Shown here: positions 8,447 through 15,891 of the stretch, piece by piece
How the letters are laid out: the number at the start of each line of letters is the position of its first letter
How positions within the stretch are numbered: the first letter of the stretch is position 1
NCBI GenBank assembly: GCA_016188205.1
Contig: JACPIG010000020.1
Coordinates: 1-32,767 of the forward strand
Source: Candidatus Woesearchaeota archaeon
Lineage (GTDB): Archaea > Nanobdellota > Nanobdellia > Woesearchaeales > UBA10216
DNA length: 32,767 nt
Direction of reading: 5' to 3'
Notes under the pieces: model-generated
Databases searched by the model: none
Told to the model about the DNA's origin: nothing
Seen by the model: only the letters and a program-made list of their open reading frames with translations
Position numbers and translations under genes: made by a program

Positions 8447-8953
8447 TTAGCATGCTTCGTTAAGCCGCTGCCTTAGTGCGCACACCTCTGCTCTCAGGCT
8501 TGATACCCTGGCTTCAAGCTCTGCTGCGTATTGCTGCTGCGTTTTAAGTGCTGATTCGGATGTTGACAGTTCTGATTTTGTTGATGACAGGTCTGCTTCT
8601 GCTGCCTTGAGCTTTGTAAGGGTGTCTATAAGCTCGCTTCTTGTCCGGGCAAGCTCGTCTGCCAGCTTTTCATTGTAGTCGCTTATGTTTGTGTAGAGCG
8701 TGTCAAACTGCTCCTTTGCCTTGGTTTTGAGCTTCAGCTCCTCGTTTACATTGCCAAGCTGGGCTTTTTGCTGCGAGAGGTTGTAGTTGAGCTTGTTTAG
8801 CTGGTTCAGCTTGTCGCCGTAGCTCAGGGACAGGTTCTTGTATGTTACCTGGTAGTAGGTTGTGAGCCCTGCCATCACTCCCAATACGACTATTACGAGC
8901 AGTAGCAGGAACAGGTTTACGTTCCTTCTTATATACGCCATGGCTCTTTTCAC
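8447..8953 (-). CDS. N-terminally anchored coiled-coil protein
   Basis: 168 aa with one TM helix followed by heptad-like sequence. The GTG start at 8953 overlaps the upstream stop (GTGA). An alternative ATG lies at 8941. Confidence 0.6.
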   Translation of the reverse strand: MKRAMAYIRRNVNLFLLLLVIVVLGVMAGLTTYYQVTYKNLSLSYGDKLNQLNKLNYNLSQQKAQLGNVNEELKLKTKAKEQFDTLYTNISDYNEKLADELARTRSELIDTLTKLKAAEADLSSTKSELSTSESALKTQQQYAAELEARVSSLRAEVCALRQRLNEAC

Positions 8954-11346
8954 CTCAATTGCTTATTTATTCTTTTTGTTTCCATGATTCTGCGGACAGC
9001 TATCTCAAAGAGGAATATGCAGAGGGCTGCAAGCGCAAATGCCCATGAGTAGCTCTTGCTGTCTGTCTTAACCCTTCTTGAGTCCTGCTTCACCTTGTTT
9101 ATTATGCCTTGAACGTCGTCTGGTGCAAACATGTCCCCGTTTGTTATGGCAACTAATTCGCTCAGGCTGGGGTTCATTCCTGTCCTGCTGAGCTCCTTGT
9201 CATGGTTTACCGCGGTTATTGCGTCAAAGAAGCTGTAAAACCCTGCCTCTTTTGGGGTGTAAGAAGCTGTATACAGCTTTTCGCCTTCTTTTGAGAAGTT
9301 AAGGTTTGGAGCCGCAGGCGGCTTTCTTGATATGACTCTTATCTCAAGCTCTTCGCCAAGGTATATGTCGTCCATGTCAACGTCAAAGTCCTTGTTCCTG
9401 CTCAGGTCGCCTATCACCCAGTTTGCTGTTCTTGACAGCAGGATGGAGTTCTGCCTGCCGAGCATCTGGCCGTTCCACGCTGAGCCGTCGTCTGTTGAGA
9501 GAGCAGCTATCCTTCCCAGCCCGAAGCGCCATGTCGTGAGTATTGGCACATTGTTTGCTGTTGTGACAAGAAGCTGCGCCTGTGACTTTGGTATGACGAA
9601 GTTGTAGCCTGTAACAGATGCCTTCAGCTTTACGTTTCTGGTTATGAAGTGATAATTGTTTACTGCCTCAAGCCCGTATGTGTCGTTTGCCTTCTCTGAC
9701 TCGCCGAGAACGATTTTGATTTTTTCTGTTTCCTTCGGCTCAAAATATGCCCCTTTTCCTGCATTTGCAATGTCCAGCATGTGCTGTGTGTCTGTCCTTT
9801 CTCCAACCCCGACCGCGTACACCTTTGCGCCTGTAGATGCAGCCACTCCTGCCGCTCTTATATCATCTGCCTGAGGCCCTCCTGCTATGCCGTCTGATAT
9901 CAGTATTATGTTTTTGCTGCCGTGGGCTGATGAGAGCATGTCTGTTGCTGCAGAAATCCCTGAGGCTATGTCTGTGCCCCTGCCATAGGTTATTCTTTCT
10001 ATCTTTTCGCCCAGGTCAGGGTTGTCAGAGAGCTTGGCAATGTCAGAGACTTTGTGGGGGACTGACTCAAATGCTATCACGCCCACGTTGTCTGTTTTCT
10101 TCAGGTCGTTTAGTATTGAGAGTGCAAGCGCCTTCTCAACATCTTTTACGCTATACCTGCTTGCCTTGTTGAATGTGCTGCCTGTGCTTCCTGACACGTC
10201 TATGAGGAGCACAACATTTACTTCTTTCTTCGGCTCTTCCTTGCCTGTACCGACAACAACAGGAAGCAGAGCCTCATAGCTCTTGTAGTAAGGCGACTTG
10301 TAGCTGTCCCTGTCAAAGGAATTCTTTCCTCCTATAACAAACAGCCCGTTGCCTTCAAGCACGTAATTGCTTAATGTGTCAAGAGGCAGTTTCTCTGCCT
10401 TTATGTCGTTTATTATGACTGCTGCATATCCTTCTATGTCTTCCGGAAGCGCGCTTGCTGTCTTTACATCGTATATGCTCGTGAATATCTGTGCTGCAGG
10501 AGAGTTCTTCTCCGTTACGAGCAGAACCTTTGGCTTTGGCTGAACCTTGACTGTCTTTATGAAATGATTGTTCTGCGGGAAATAATCTTCTGAGCTTATA
10601 TCTGCCGTAATCCTGTGGTATCCTTCAGCGAGGCTTTTTGTGAACTCCAGCTTTATGCTGCCGCTTACCGGCTGGTCTATTGCAAGCTCATTGTCCACTA
10701 TGACTCGCAGCTTGTACGGCACTATTGTGCCGGTCTGCCTTACAGTGACTTCAAAGGTGTTTTCAGCGTCTGCTGTTGTTTCAGAAGGGCCTTCAACTGT
10801 GACGTAGGCGTCTTTTTTCTCAGGGCTCAGCTTGACAGCGCTTATTGTTGTGTTAAGGGATGAGGCAAAAAGCATCATGTCTCCCAGCGACCTTCCATAG
10901 TTGCTGTTGCCGTCTGTTATGAGAAGGACGCTGTCGTCGCCCTGTATGTTTGCCAGTATTGCATCGCCTATTGCTGACCTGTTTCCTTCAGCCAGAGTCC
11001 TGACATTCACCGGGATTGAGCTGCTCAGCTTGGAAGCAAGCTGAGCTGCTGTTTTGTTGTCAAAAATTTCCATGGAAGCTGATTTGTCAACAAATATGTT
11101 CAGTTCAGGTTTTCCCTGTATGGCTTCCTGCCTGAGCTCAAACGGCTGCGCAAGTGCCATTATGAGCAGCGAGAGGGCTGCCAGCCTTGATGTGTAAAGG
11201 AACATCCTTTTCCATTTCTTGCCCTTGTTGAATGCCTGCTGTTCCCTGTAGTCTTTGAACCTGATAAAGTCGTGCTTTATTATGAAGAACAGGATTATTG
11301 CCAGGGGAATTATTGAGTACAGGAGCTGGGGGTTTTTGAAGTCCAT
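8950..11346 (-). CDS. BatA-type N-terminal anchor plus double vWA-domain membrane protein
   Basis: MDFKNPQLLYSIIPLAIILFF resembles a BatA N-terminal region. Two MIDAS-like motifs (FVDKSASM, LLIDVSGSTGS) and a C-terminal TM helix. The preferred start is ATG 11346, overlapping the upstream TGA (TGATG). The ORF track extends it to 11364. Confidence 0.8.
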   Translation of the reverse strand: MDFKNPQLLYSIIPLAIILFFIIKHDFIRFKDYREQQAFNKGKKWKRMFLYTSRLAALSLLIMALAQPFELRQEAIQGKPELNIFVDKSASMEIFDNKTAAQLASKLSSSIPVNVRTLAEGNRSAIGDAILANIQGDDSVLLITDGNSNYGRSLGDMMLFASSLNTTISAVKLSPEKKDAYVTVEGPSETTADAENTFEVTVRQTGTIVPYKLRVIVDNELAIDQPVSGSIKLEFTKSLAEGYHRITADISSEDYFPQNNHFIKTVKVQPKPKVLLVTEKNSPAAQIFTSIYDVKTASALPEDIEGYAAVIINDIKAEKLPLDTLSNYVLEGNGLFVIGGKNSFDRDSYKSPYYKSYEALLPVVVGTGKEEPKKEVNVVLLIDVSGSTGSTFNKASRYSVKDVEKALALSILNDLKKTDNVGVIAFESVPHKVSDIAKLSDNPDLGEKIERITYGRGTDIASGISAATDMLSSAHGSKNIILISDGIAGGPQADDIRAAGVAASTGAKVYAVGVGERTDTQHMLDIANAGKGAYFEPKETEKIKIVLGESEKANDTYGLEAVNNYHFITRNVKLKASVTGYNFVIPKSQAQLLVTTANNVPILTTWRFGLGRIAALSTDDGSAWNGQMLGRQNSILLSRTANWVIGDLSRNKDFDVDMDDIYLGEELEIRVISRKPPAAPNLNFSKEGEKLYTASYTPKEAGFYSFFDAITAVNHDKELSRTGMNPSLSELVAITNGDMFAPDDVQGIINKVKQDSRRVKTDSKSYSWAFALAALCIFLFEIAVRRIMETKRINKQLR

Positions 11347-13106
11347 CAGAAGTCGCCCCTCCATTTGACGTAAAGCAGCTCCGCAAGCAGCAGCAGGAAT
11401 CCTGCTATCAATAAGTATTCTTCAAGCTTCACGTCCCTTTTTTCCTGCCCTTCTTTTGCTGCAAGCCGCTTTTCCTCGTCAAGCAGCTTGTCTGCCTCTT
11501 TGCCCACGTCAGACTCTTTCTCGCTGAGCAGGCTCGCAGCTGCTTTTTTTGTGCCAAACGTGTAGAATCCTGCCTTGTCCATGTATTGCCTGTTTGCATC
11601 TGCAATAATTCTTCCTGTCCTGAAGTTGTAGTCGTTCAGTTCTTCTGTCTCTGTGAGGAATCCTATGAGCTTGTTCCAGAATATAGGATACGAAACTGTT
11701 GTCTTGAAGTCGCTGAAGTCGTCAAGTATCCCGTAATACACTATTTTGCCGAATCCTTCGTCCTTAACTGCGAGCATTGCTGCGCCGTCTGCGTCGGCCA
11801 CTACTGCTGTTCCTGCTTTTGGTGTTGAGTTGTAGTAGCGGAATGCAGTGCCGAAGTCAACGTCTGAAGTGAACTTGTTTATTATCCTTGCCGTGACTTT
11901 TGTGTTGTTGAGGCTGCCTCCAATTTGCACAGGCAGAAGCCCGCTGTCTATTGCCCCTGCGTTTTCCTGTGCAGTTATTATGAGCGAGCTTCCGTTCCTT
12001 ACCTTTTTCAGTGCCTCCTGATAGAAGTCAGGCAGTATGAGCCCTGGGGAAGCTTTGTGAATTATCAGTATGTCATAGTCAAGGCTTGGTATTACTGGCG
12101 GCTCTGCTGTGGCGAGCTGTATGTCCCGGGATGCCTGCAGGGCTGTTTTCAGGCTGCTTTTCTCTGAGTTGGTTATCAGAAGGACTTTTATTTTCTTGGA
12201 TGAAGGAGCGCTTATGTATGCGCGGTTGTCCGGGTCAAAATCATCCTTCTCCATTATCCTGAGCTCTGTTGAGCCGGAAGGCGTTGCAAAGTCAAAGGTT
12301 TCCACTGACTTTGGAAGGATTTTTTTTATAATCTGCTGTGTGCCCTGCTCGCTTATTATGCCTAATGTAAGTGTTTTCTGCTCGCTGTCATAGTTCTTTA
12401 CAACTGCTTTTGTAGCGGACTTGCCGAGGAAAAGGTCTATTATGCCCGCATTGCCTGCCCTGCCGCCAACATTTACAAACTCAACAGGTATGCCTTTTGA
12501 CAAAAGAACGCGCTTGGCAACATTCGGGTCAGGCCCTTCTGTGGCTATGAAGTCGCTTATGACAACCACCTTGCCTGTCTTTCCCTTCATGACGTCGCCT
12601 GCAAGCAGCATTGCGTCGCCTATGTTTGATGTTGTGTCGCTTGGCTTTGCTAAGGAAAGGATTTTTTCTGCTTCCTCGCGGTTTCCAGCCTCAAGAACAA
12701 GCAGGGGCATGTTCTGTGCAAGCACTATTGCTGCATCGCCGTGTATGCTTTTCCTCGCAGCATCGACAGCGTTTTGGAAGCGGTTGCCTGTCTGCATGCT
12801 TGCAGAGGTGTCAAGGACTATTGCTGTCTTCTCGATGGCATGTGAGCCGAAGACGGTTGTGTAAGGGGCTGTGAGGGCAAATGACAGGGCGGCAAGGCCG
12901 AGCAGTTGTATGAGGAAAAGGAGATTATTGAGAAGCCGCTTGAAAAAAGCCGCTTTTTTTGCGAATCCCTTTTCCCGCATGAAGAACATCAATGAGGGCA
13001 TGTTCCTCTCAACAGGCCTCGGCCTCATCAGGTATAGCAGGACCAGTATCAGCAGGCTGCCAAACGCATACCATCCAAGCTGGTTAGCAAACTGAATATC
13101 TGCCAT
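11346..13106 (-). CDS. BatA-type N-terminal anchor plus vWA-domain membrane protein
   Basis: 586 aa. MADIQFANQLGWYAFGSLLILVLLYLMRPRP, vWA MIDAS motif VLDTSASM, and a C-terminal TM helix. Confidence 0.8.
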   Translation of the reverse strand: MADIQFANQLGWYAFGSLLILVLLYLMRPRPVERNMPSLMFFMREKGFAKKAAFFKRLLNNLLFLIQLLGLAALSFALTAPYTTVFGSHAIEKTAIVLDTSASMQTGNRFQNAVDAARKSIHGDAAIVLAQNMPLLVLEAGNREEAEKILSLAKPSDTTSNIGDAMLLAGDVMKGKTGKVVVISDFIATEGPDPNVAKRVLLSKGIPVEFVNVGGRAGNAGIIDLFLGKSATKAVVKNYDSEQKTLTLGIISEQGTQQIIKKILPKSVETFDFATPSGSTELRIMEKDDFDPDNRAYISAPSSKKIKVLLITNSEKSSLKTALQASRDIQLATAEPPVIPSLDYDILIIHKASPGLILPDFYQEALKKVRNGSSLIITAQENAGAIDSGLLPVQIGGSLNNTKVTARIINKFTSDVDFGTAFRYYNSTPKAGTAVVADADGAAMLAVKDEGFGKIVYYGILDDFSDFKTTVSYPIFWNKLIGFLTETEELNDYNFRTGRIIADANRQYMDKAGFYTFGTKKAAASLLSEKESDVGKEADKLLDEEKRLAAKEGQEKRDVKLEEYLLIAGFLLLLAELLYVKWRGDF

Positions 13107-13138
13107 TCAATGTTATCCTCTTTTTGGCTTTGAGCGCG

Positions 13139-13420
13139 TTATTTATTTACTTTCTTATAAGACTCGGCGCAATGATTGGAGCAGAACCTGTACACTTCGC
13201 CTTTTATCTCTTTTTCAACAAAGTCCTCAACAATTGCCTTGCCGCATTTCGCACAGCGGGACATCTTGCTGCCTTCCTCGTAGCCCTTCATGAATCCCTC
13301 TTCACCGGGAGTTATCTCGTCTTCTTCCTCTTCCAGCTTCTCCCGCTCTTCCTCTTCATAGATGTCTTCCTCGTGCTCCTCTCCTGTGAATTCTTCTCCA
13401 TTCTTGTTATCATTCTGCAT
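13139..13420 (-). CDS. Small acidic protein with a C-terminal TRASH/YHS-like zinc ribbon
   Basis: CAKC-x20-CSNHC fits C-x2-C-x19-22-C-x3-C. GAGGTGG lies upstream of the ATG. Confidence 0.6.
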   Translation of the reverse strand: MQNDNKNGEEFTGEEHEEDIYEEEEREKLEEEEDEITPGEEGFMKGYEEGSKMSRCAKCGKAIVEDFVEKEIKGEVYRFCSNHCAESYKKVNK

Positions 13421-13487
13421 GAAACCACCTCAAATACGTGTTAAGGTGTAATTACGCCTGCGGGTGTTTTTATTGTTTTGCATTTGC

Positions 13488-14174
13488 TCAGAACTCGCCA
13501 ATCTTTTTTTGCCCCCTGCTCCCCGCAACTCTCTTGTATGGCATCCAGCTCTTCCTGAATATCTCCGGGTGCCTGCTGAAGTTTTTTTCAAGGAATGCCT
13601 TTGTGAGTGGGTCTGAAGGGTATCCTGAGCCAAAGTTGCTGCCAATCTTCTTTTTGATTTTCTCTATTTCGTCCTCGCGCGTCACTTTTGCAAGTATTGA
13701 TGCTGCGCCGCACTCCACATGGTTCAAATCAGCTTTATGCTCCACAGCAACCTCAATGCCCTTGTTGTCAAGCAGCTTCATCAGATAGCGCTTGTAATTG
13801 ACCACGTTGTTGCTTGGGCTGTCAATTATCGCCTTTTCCGGCTTCAACGCGTTTATTATCTCGGCTGACTTGTGCGCCTCCAGCCAGTTCAGGTTCAGGC
13901 TGTCTGACTCAAGCGCAGCATCAATCTCAGCAGGCTGTATAACCACAATCTTGTGCCTTATGGCGATGCCTTTTATCCTGTCAAACAGCTTCCTCATCCT
14001 TCCGATTGTCAGCAGCTTTGAGTCCTTCACGCCTATGGCTTTAAGGCTCTCGCTGCCTTCCTCATCAACGAGGACTCCTGCCATTACCATTGGACCGATG
14101 ATGGGCCCTTTCGGAGAACTAAGGAAACCCTATAGTTCACTTCCGCTCTCATCAATTCCGCAGGTAATGCTCAT
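13488..14174 (-). CDS. rnhB: Ribonuclease HII, interrupted by a 30-nt in-frame insert containing TAG; proposed exons 14174..14140 and 14109..13488 (218 aa after splicing)
   Basis: The upstream in-frame reading is MSITCGIDESG-SEL*GFLSSP-KGPIIGPMVMAGV. Without the insert, the canonical RNase HII N-terminus GIDE(A/S)GRGPxIGP is restored. The rest of the ORF (DSKLLT, IDSPSNN, HKAD, ASILAKV, GSGYPSD) is typical RNase HII. Confidence 0.85.
14110..14139 (-). other. Putative bulge-helix-bulge (BHB) mini-intron in rnhB mRNA
   Basis: On the mRNA: central helix CGGA(14145-14142)/UCCG(14115-14112); 3-nt bulges AGU(14141-14139) and AAA(14111-14109); inner helix GAACU/AGUUC; a 13-nt loop carrying the UAG. 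Cleavage after the second nt of each bulge removes exactly 30 nt. Confidence 0.6.
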
Positions 14175-15205
14175 ATTGAAATAACCTCAAAATTTGTAGG
14201 GGTGAGTTCCCACATTTTGTCCTCTCTCCTTTTTACCAAGCCAAGCCTCTCCAATTCTTTTAATCTTCTGAACGCAGCCGTCCAGCAAACACCAGCCTCA
14301 GAGGCAAGATCTTTGGTTCTTTGTGCATCATTGAGCAGCATATTTAAATATTTATACTTTATATGAGAAACAGGCACGAGTTTGCTATCCGCCAAGCCCC
14401 AATAATCAATGCTTCTGACCCTGTGGTTTTTCACAAGTCCTTCTTTTTTAAGTTCTACTAGTATGTCTGATATTCTTGCATTAGATCGATTAAACTGACT
14501 GGCCAGGGATTCACTGGTTGAGAAATCATTTCCTCTTAAGTTGTTGATTATTTTGTTCCTAAGTGAGAATTTCGTATAATGCATTTGCTTATACTCGGAA
14601 AGCATTAATTGGAACCGCGCTCTTTTTTCGGGATGCAAATCGGCTATTACGATGGCGGCAAGCTTGTCGAAATTCTCTTTGCCACTTATAATATACCCTT
14701 CTCTATGGCGATCGGAAAAAGTATAGTCTACTCCAAATAATTCCAAGGATTTCTCGATAGATCCGACTCTTTTGGATTGCGCCATTCTAATCACCCTGCA
14801 ATTATGTGAGCCGCATTTAATATTCCCTTCTCCTGCAAAAAACCCCCGCAGAATTCCTGGATAAGAATCGGCATCAAATTGAGTTGAATTGACTATTTCT
14901 TTCCATTTTTTAACAACCTCAACAGATGCCAATCGCCAAATGAAATATGGCTTACGCGCCCTCTTATCTATATAGTTCCTGATTTGAACATTTGAAAGAG
15001 GAATTTTTTGGAACTGTCCTGTAGAATTATACACATATATTCGAATCTTTAGATCGGCTACATTGAAAATTTCCACTATTGTTTTATGAAATAGTTCAAC
15101 TAACTCCCAGCAGCTATTTGTGAAAGTAATTTCTGCTTTTGTTTTATTGTCACCTTCTGCCAGCCACAATCCAACACATTCAGCTAATTTCTTGTCACGC
15201 GTCAT
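14171..15205 (-). CDS. Free-standing double-motif LAGLIDADG homing-endonuclease-like protein fused to two winged-helix DNA-binding modules
   Basis: Motif 1 is VGLWLAEGD and motif 2 is LRGFFAGEGN, about 100 aa apart. The C-terminal region has SLASQFNRSNARISDILVELKKEGLV and DLASEAGVCWTAAFRRLKELERLGLV. GC is lower than in the neighbours. Its stop overlaps the rnhB ATG (ATGA). Confidence 0.75.
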   Translation of the reverse strand: MTRDKKLAECVGLWLAEGDNKTKAEITFTNSCWELVELFHKTIVEIFNVADLKIRIYVYNSTGQFQKIPLSNVQIRNYIDKRARKPYFIWRLASVEVVKKWKEIVNSTQFDADSYPGILRGFFAGEGNIKCGSHNCRVIRMAQSKRVGSIEKSLELFGVDYTFSDRHREGYIISGKENFDKLAAIVIADLHPEKRARFQLMLSEYKQMHYTKFSLRNKIINNLRGNDFSTSESLASQFNRSNARISDILVELKKEGLVKNHRVRSIDYWGLADSKLVPVSHIKYKYLNMLLNDAQRTKDLASEAGVCWTAAFRRLKELERLGLVKRREDKMWELTPTNFEVISI

Positions 15206-15365
15206 TTTTATAACCGCCAGAACACCAGCTTAAATGGCAGAGCTTCTTTTGGTGCCGAAAGAACTGAGCCAGCAGTTTAAATACTTTAGGCTGGCGTCTG
15301 TCCAGTGTCCAGTGAAACTTCCGAAAAAAGTGAAAGAATTCCGGTTAAAAGTGCATTTTATGAAA

Positions 15366-15454
15366 GGTAGCTGGGCTGGATTTGAGCCAACAGCCTATGG
15401 GTGCCTCAGAACGCTTACGAGTCCATCGGGCACTCCCGGCTACCCTACCCCGCT
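15366..15454 (-). tRNA. Intron-containing tRNA-like gene with an initiator-tRNA-like body and a CGU anticodon (possible pseudogene or diverged tRNA)
   Basis: Minus strand: AGCGGGG-TA-GGGT-AGCCGGGAGT-GCCC-G-ATGGA-CTCGTA[AGCGTTCTGAGGC]A-CCCAT-AGGCT-GTTGG-CTCAAAT-CCAG-CCCAGCT-A-CC. The 13-nt intron (15403..15415) sits at position 37/38 with a 4-bp helix CUCG/UGAG and bulges UAA and GCA. Defects: G4.A69 and A31.C39 mismatches, and the T-stem/acceptor region is 1 nt short. Confidence 0.5.
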
Positions 15455-15490
15455 ATACTGTTCAGGATAACGCCCCCACAGCATCAAAAC

Positions 15491-15502
15491 ATTTATATAT
15501 AA
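15491..15502. promoter_or_regulatory. TATA-like box ATTTATATATAA in the spacer between the tRNA-like gene (-) and the PRC-barrel gene (+)
   Basis: A/T-rich box about 40 nt upstream of the tRNA-like 5' end on the minus strand. Assignment is tentative. Confidence 0.35.
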
Positions 15503-15575
15503 CTGTATACCATAAATCACCACAAATCATTACTACTTAAAAAAGAAAAATATTTCAGGGACTTTTTGTGAGCAG

Positions 15576-15848
15576 GTGGGGACGATGGCGGAAGAGGAAA
15601 CAAAATTCTCAAAGCAGATAATAGGAAAGACTGTTGTCAGCAAGACAGGCAAAAGGTTTGGGGAAGTTGGCGACCTTGTGTTTGAGGCGAAGTCAGGGGA
15701 GCTGATACACATGGTTCTGTCAAAGCCAACTCCGTACACGTCAAAGCTTGAGCTTGAAAAAGACAAGGACGGGAACCTTCTTATCCCTTACAGCGCAGTC
15801 CTCGCCATAGGAGACTTCATGGTCGTGGCAGAAGAAGACATGGTTTAA
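15576..15848 (+). CDS. PRC-barrel domain protein
   Basis: IIGKTVVSKTGKRFGEVGDLVFEAKSGELIHMVL...IPYSAVLAIGDFMVV fits the PRC-barrel pattern. The likely true start is ATG 15585, preceded by AGGTGGGG. Confidence 0.7.
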   Translation: MGTMAEEETKFSKQIIGKTVVSKTGKRFGEVGDLVFEAKSGELIHMVLSKPTPYTSKLELEKDKDGNLLIPYSAVLAIGDFMVVAEEDMV

Positions 15849-15860
15849 GCGTGTAGAAAC

Positions 15861-15871
15861 CTTTATATTAA
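15861..15871 (+). promoter_or_regulatory. TATA box CTTTATATTAA for rfcS (leaderless-type spacing)
   Basis: Centred about 26 nt upstream of ATG 15892. Confidence 0.5.
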
Positions 15872-15891
15872 TTCTCAGGTTATCTTCAGGC

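Noticed and set aside
14130-14132. The in-frame TAG in rnhB could mean stop-codon recoding or an alternative genetic code.
   Set aside because: TAG clearly terminates neighbouring well-defined genes: the T2SF gene at 2803-2805, gatC at 30802-30804 and translin at 31034-31036. The insert also adds 10 residues inside a motif that tolerates no insertion, so readthrough would not give a canonical enzyme.
14109-14145. Ribosomal bypassing (T4 gene 60-like hop) over the 30-nt insert.
   Set aside because: I could not find a matching take-off and landing codon pair: GGA at take-off and no in-frame GGA at the landing site. The stop codon is also not adjacent to the take-off codon. The BHB geometry explains the exact 30-nt length better.
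15366-15454. Alternative readings of the tRNA-like region: a plus-strand tRNA, tRNA-Leu(CAA) using CTCAAAT as the anticodon loop, or a 9/4 selenocysteine-type fold.
   Set aside because: The plus strand lacks a T-loop-like sequence. The Leu reading leaves no 3' half, because the downstream sequence is AT-rich and unstructured. The Sec-type fold has no TCA anticodon. The initiator-like alignment with a 37/38 intron explains most positions.
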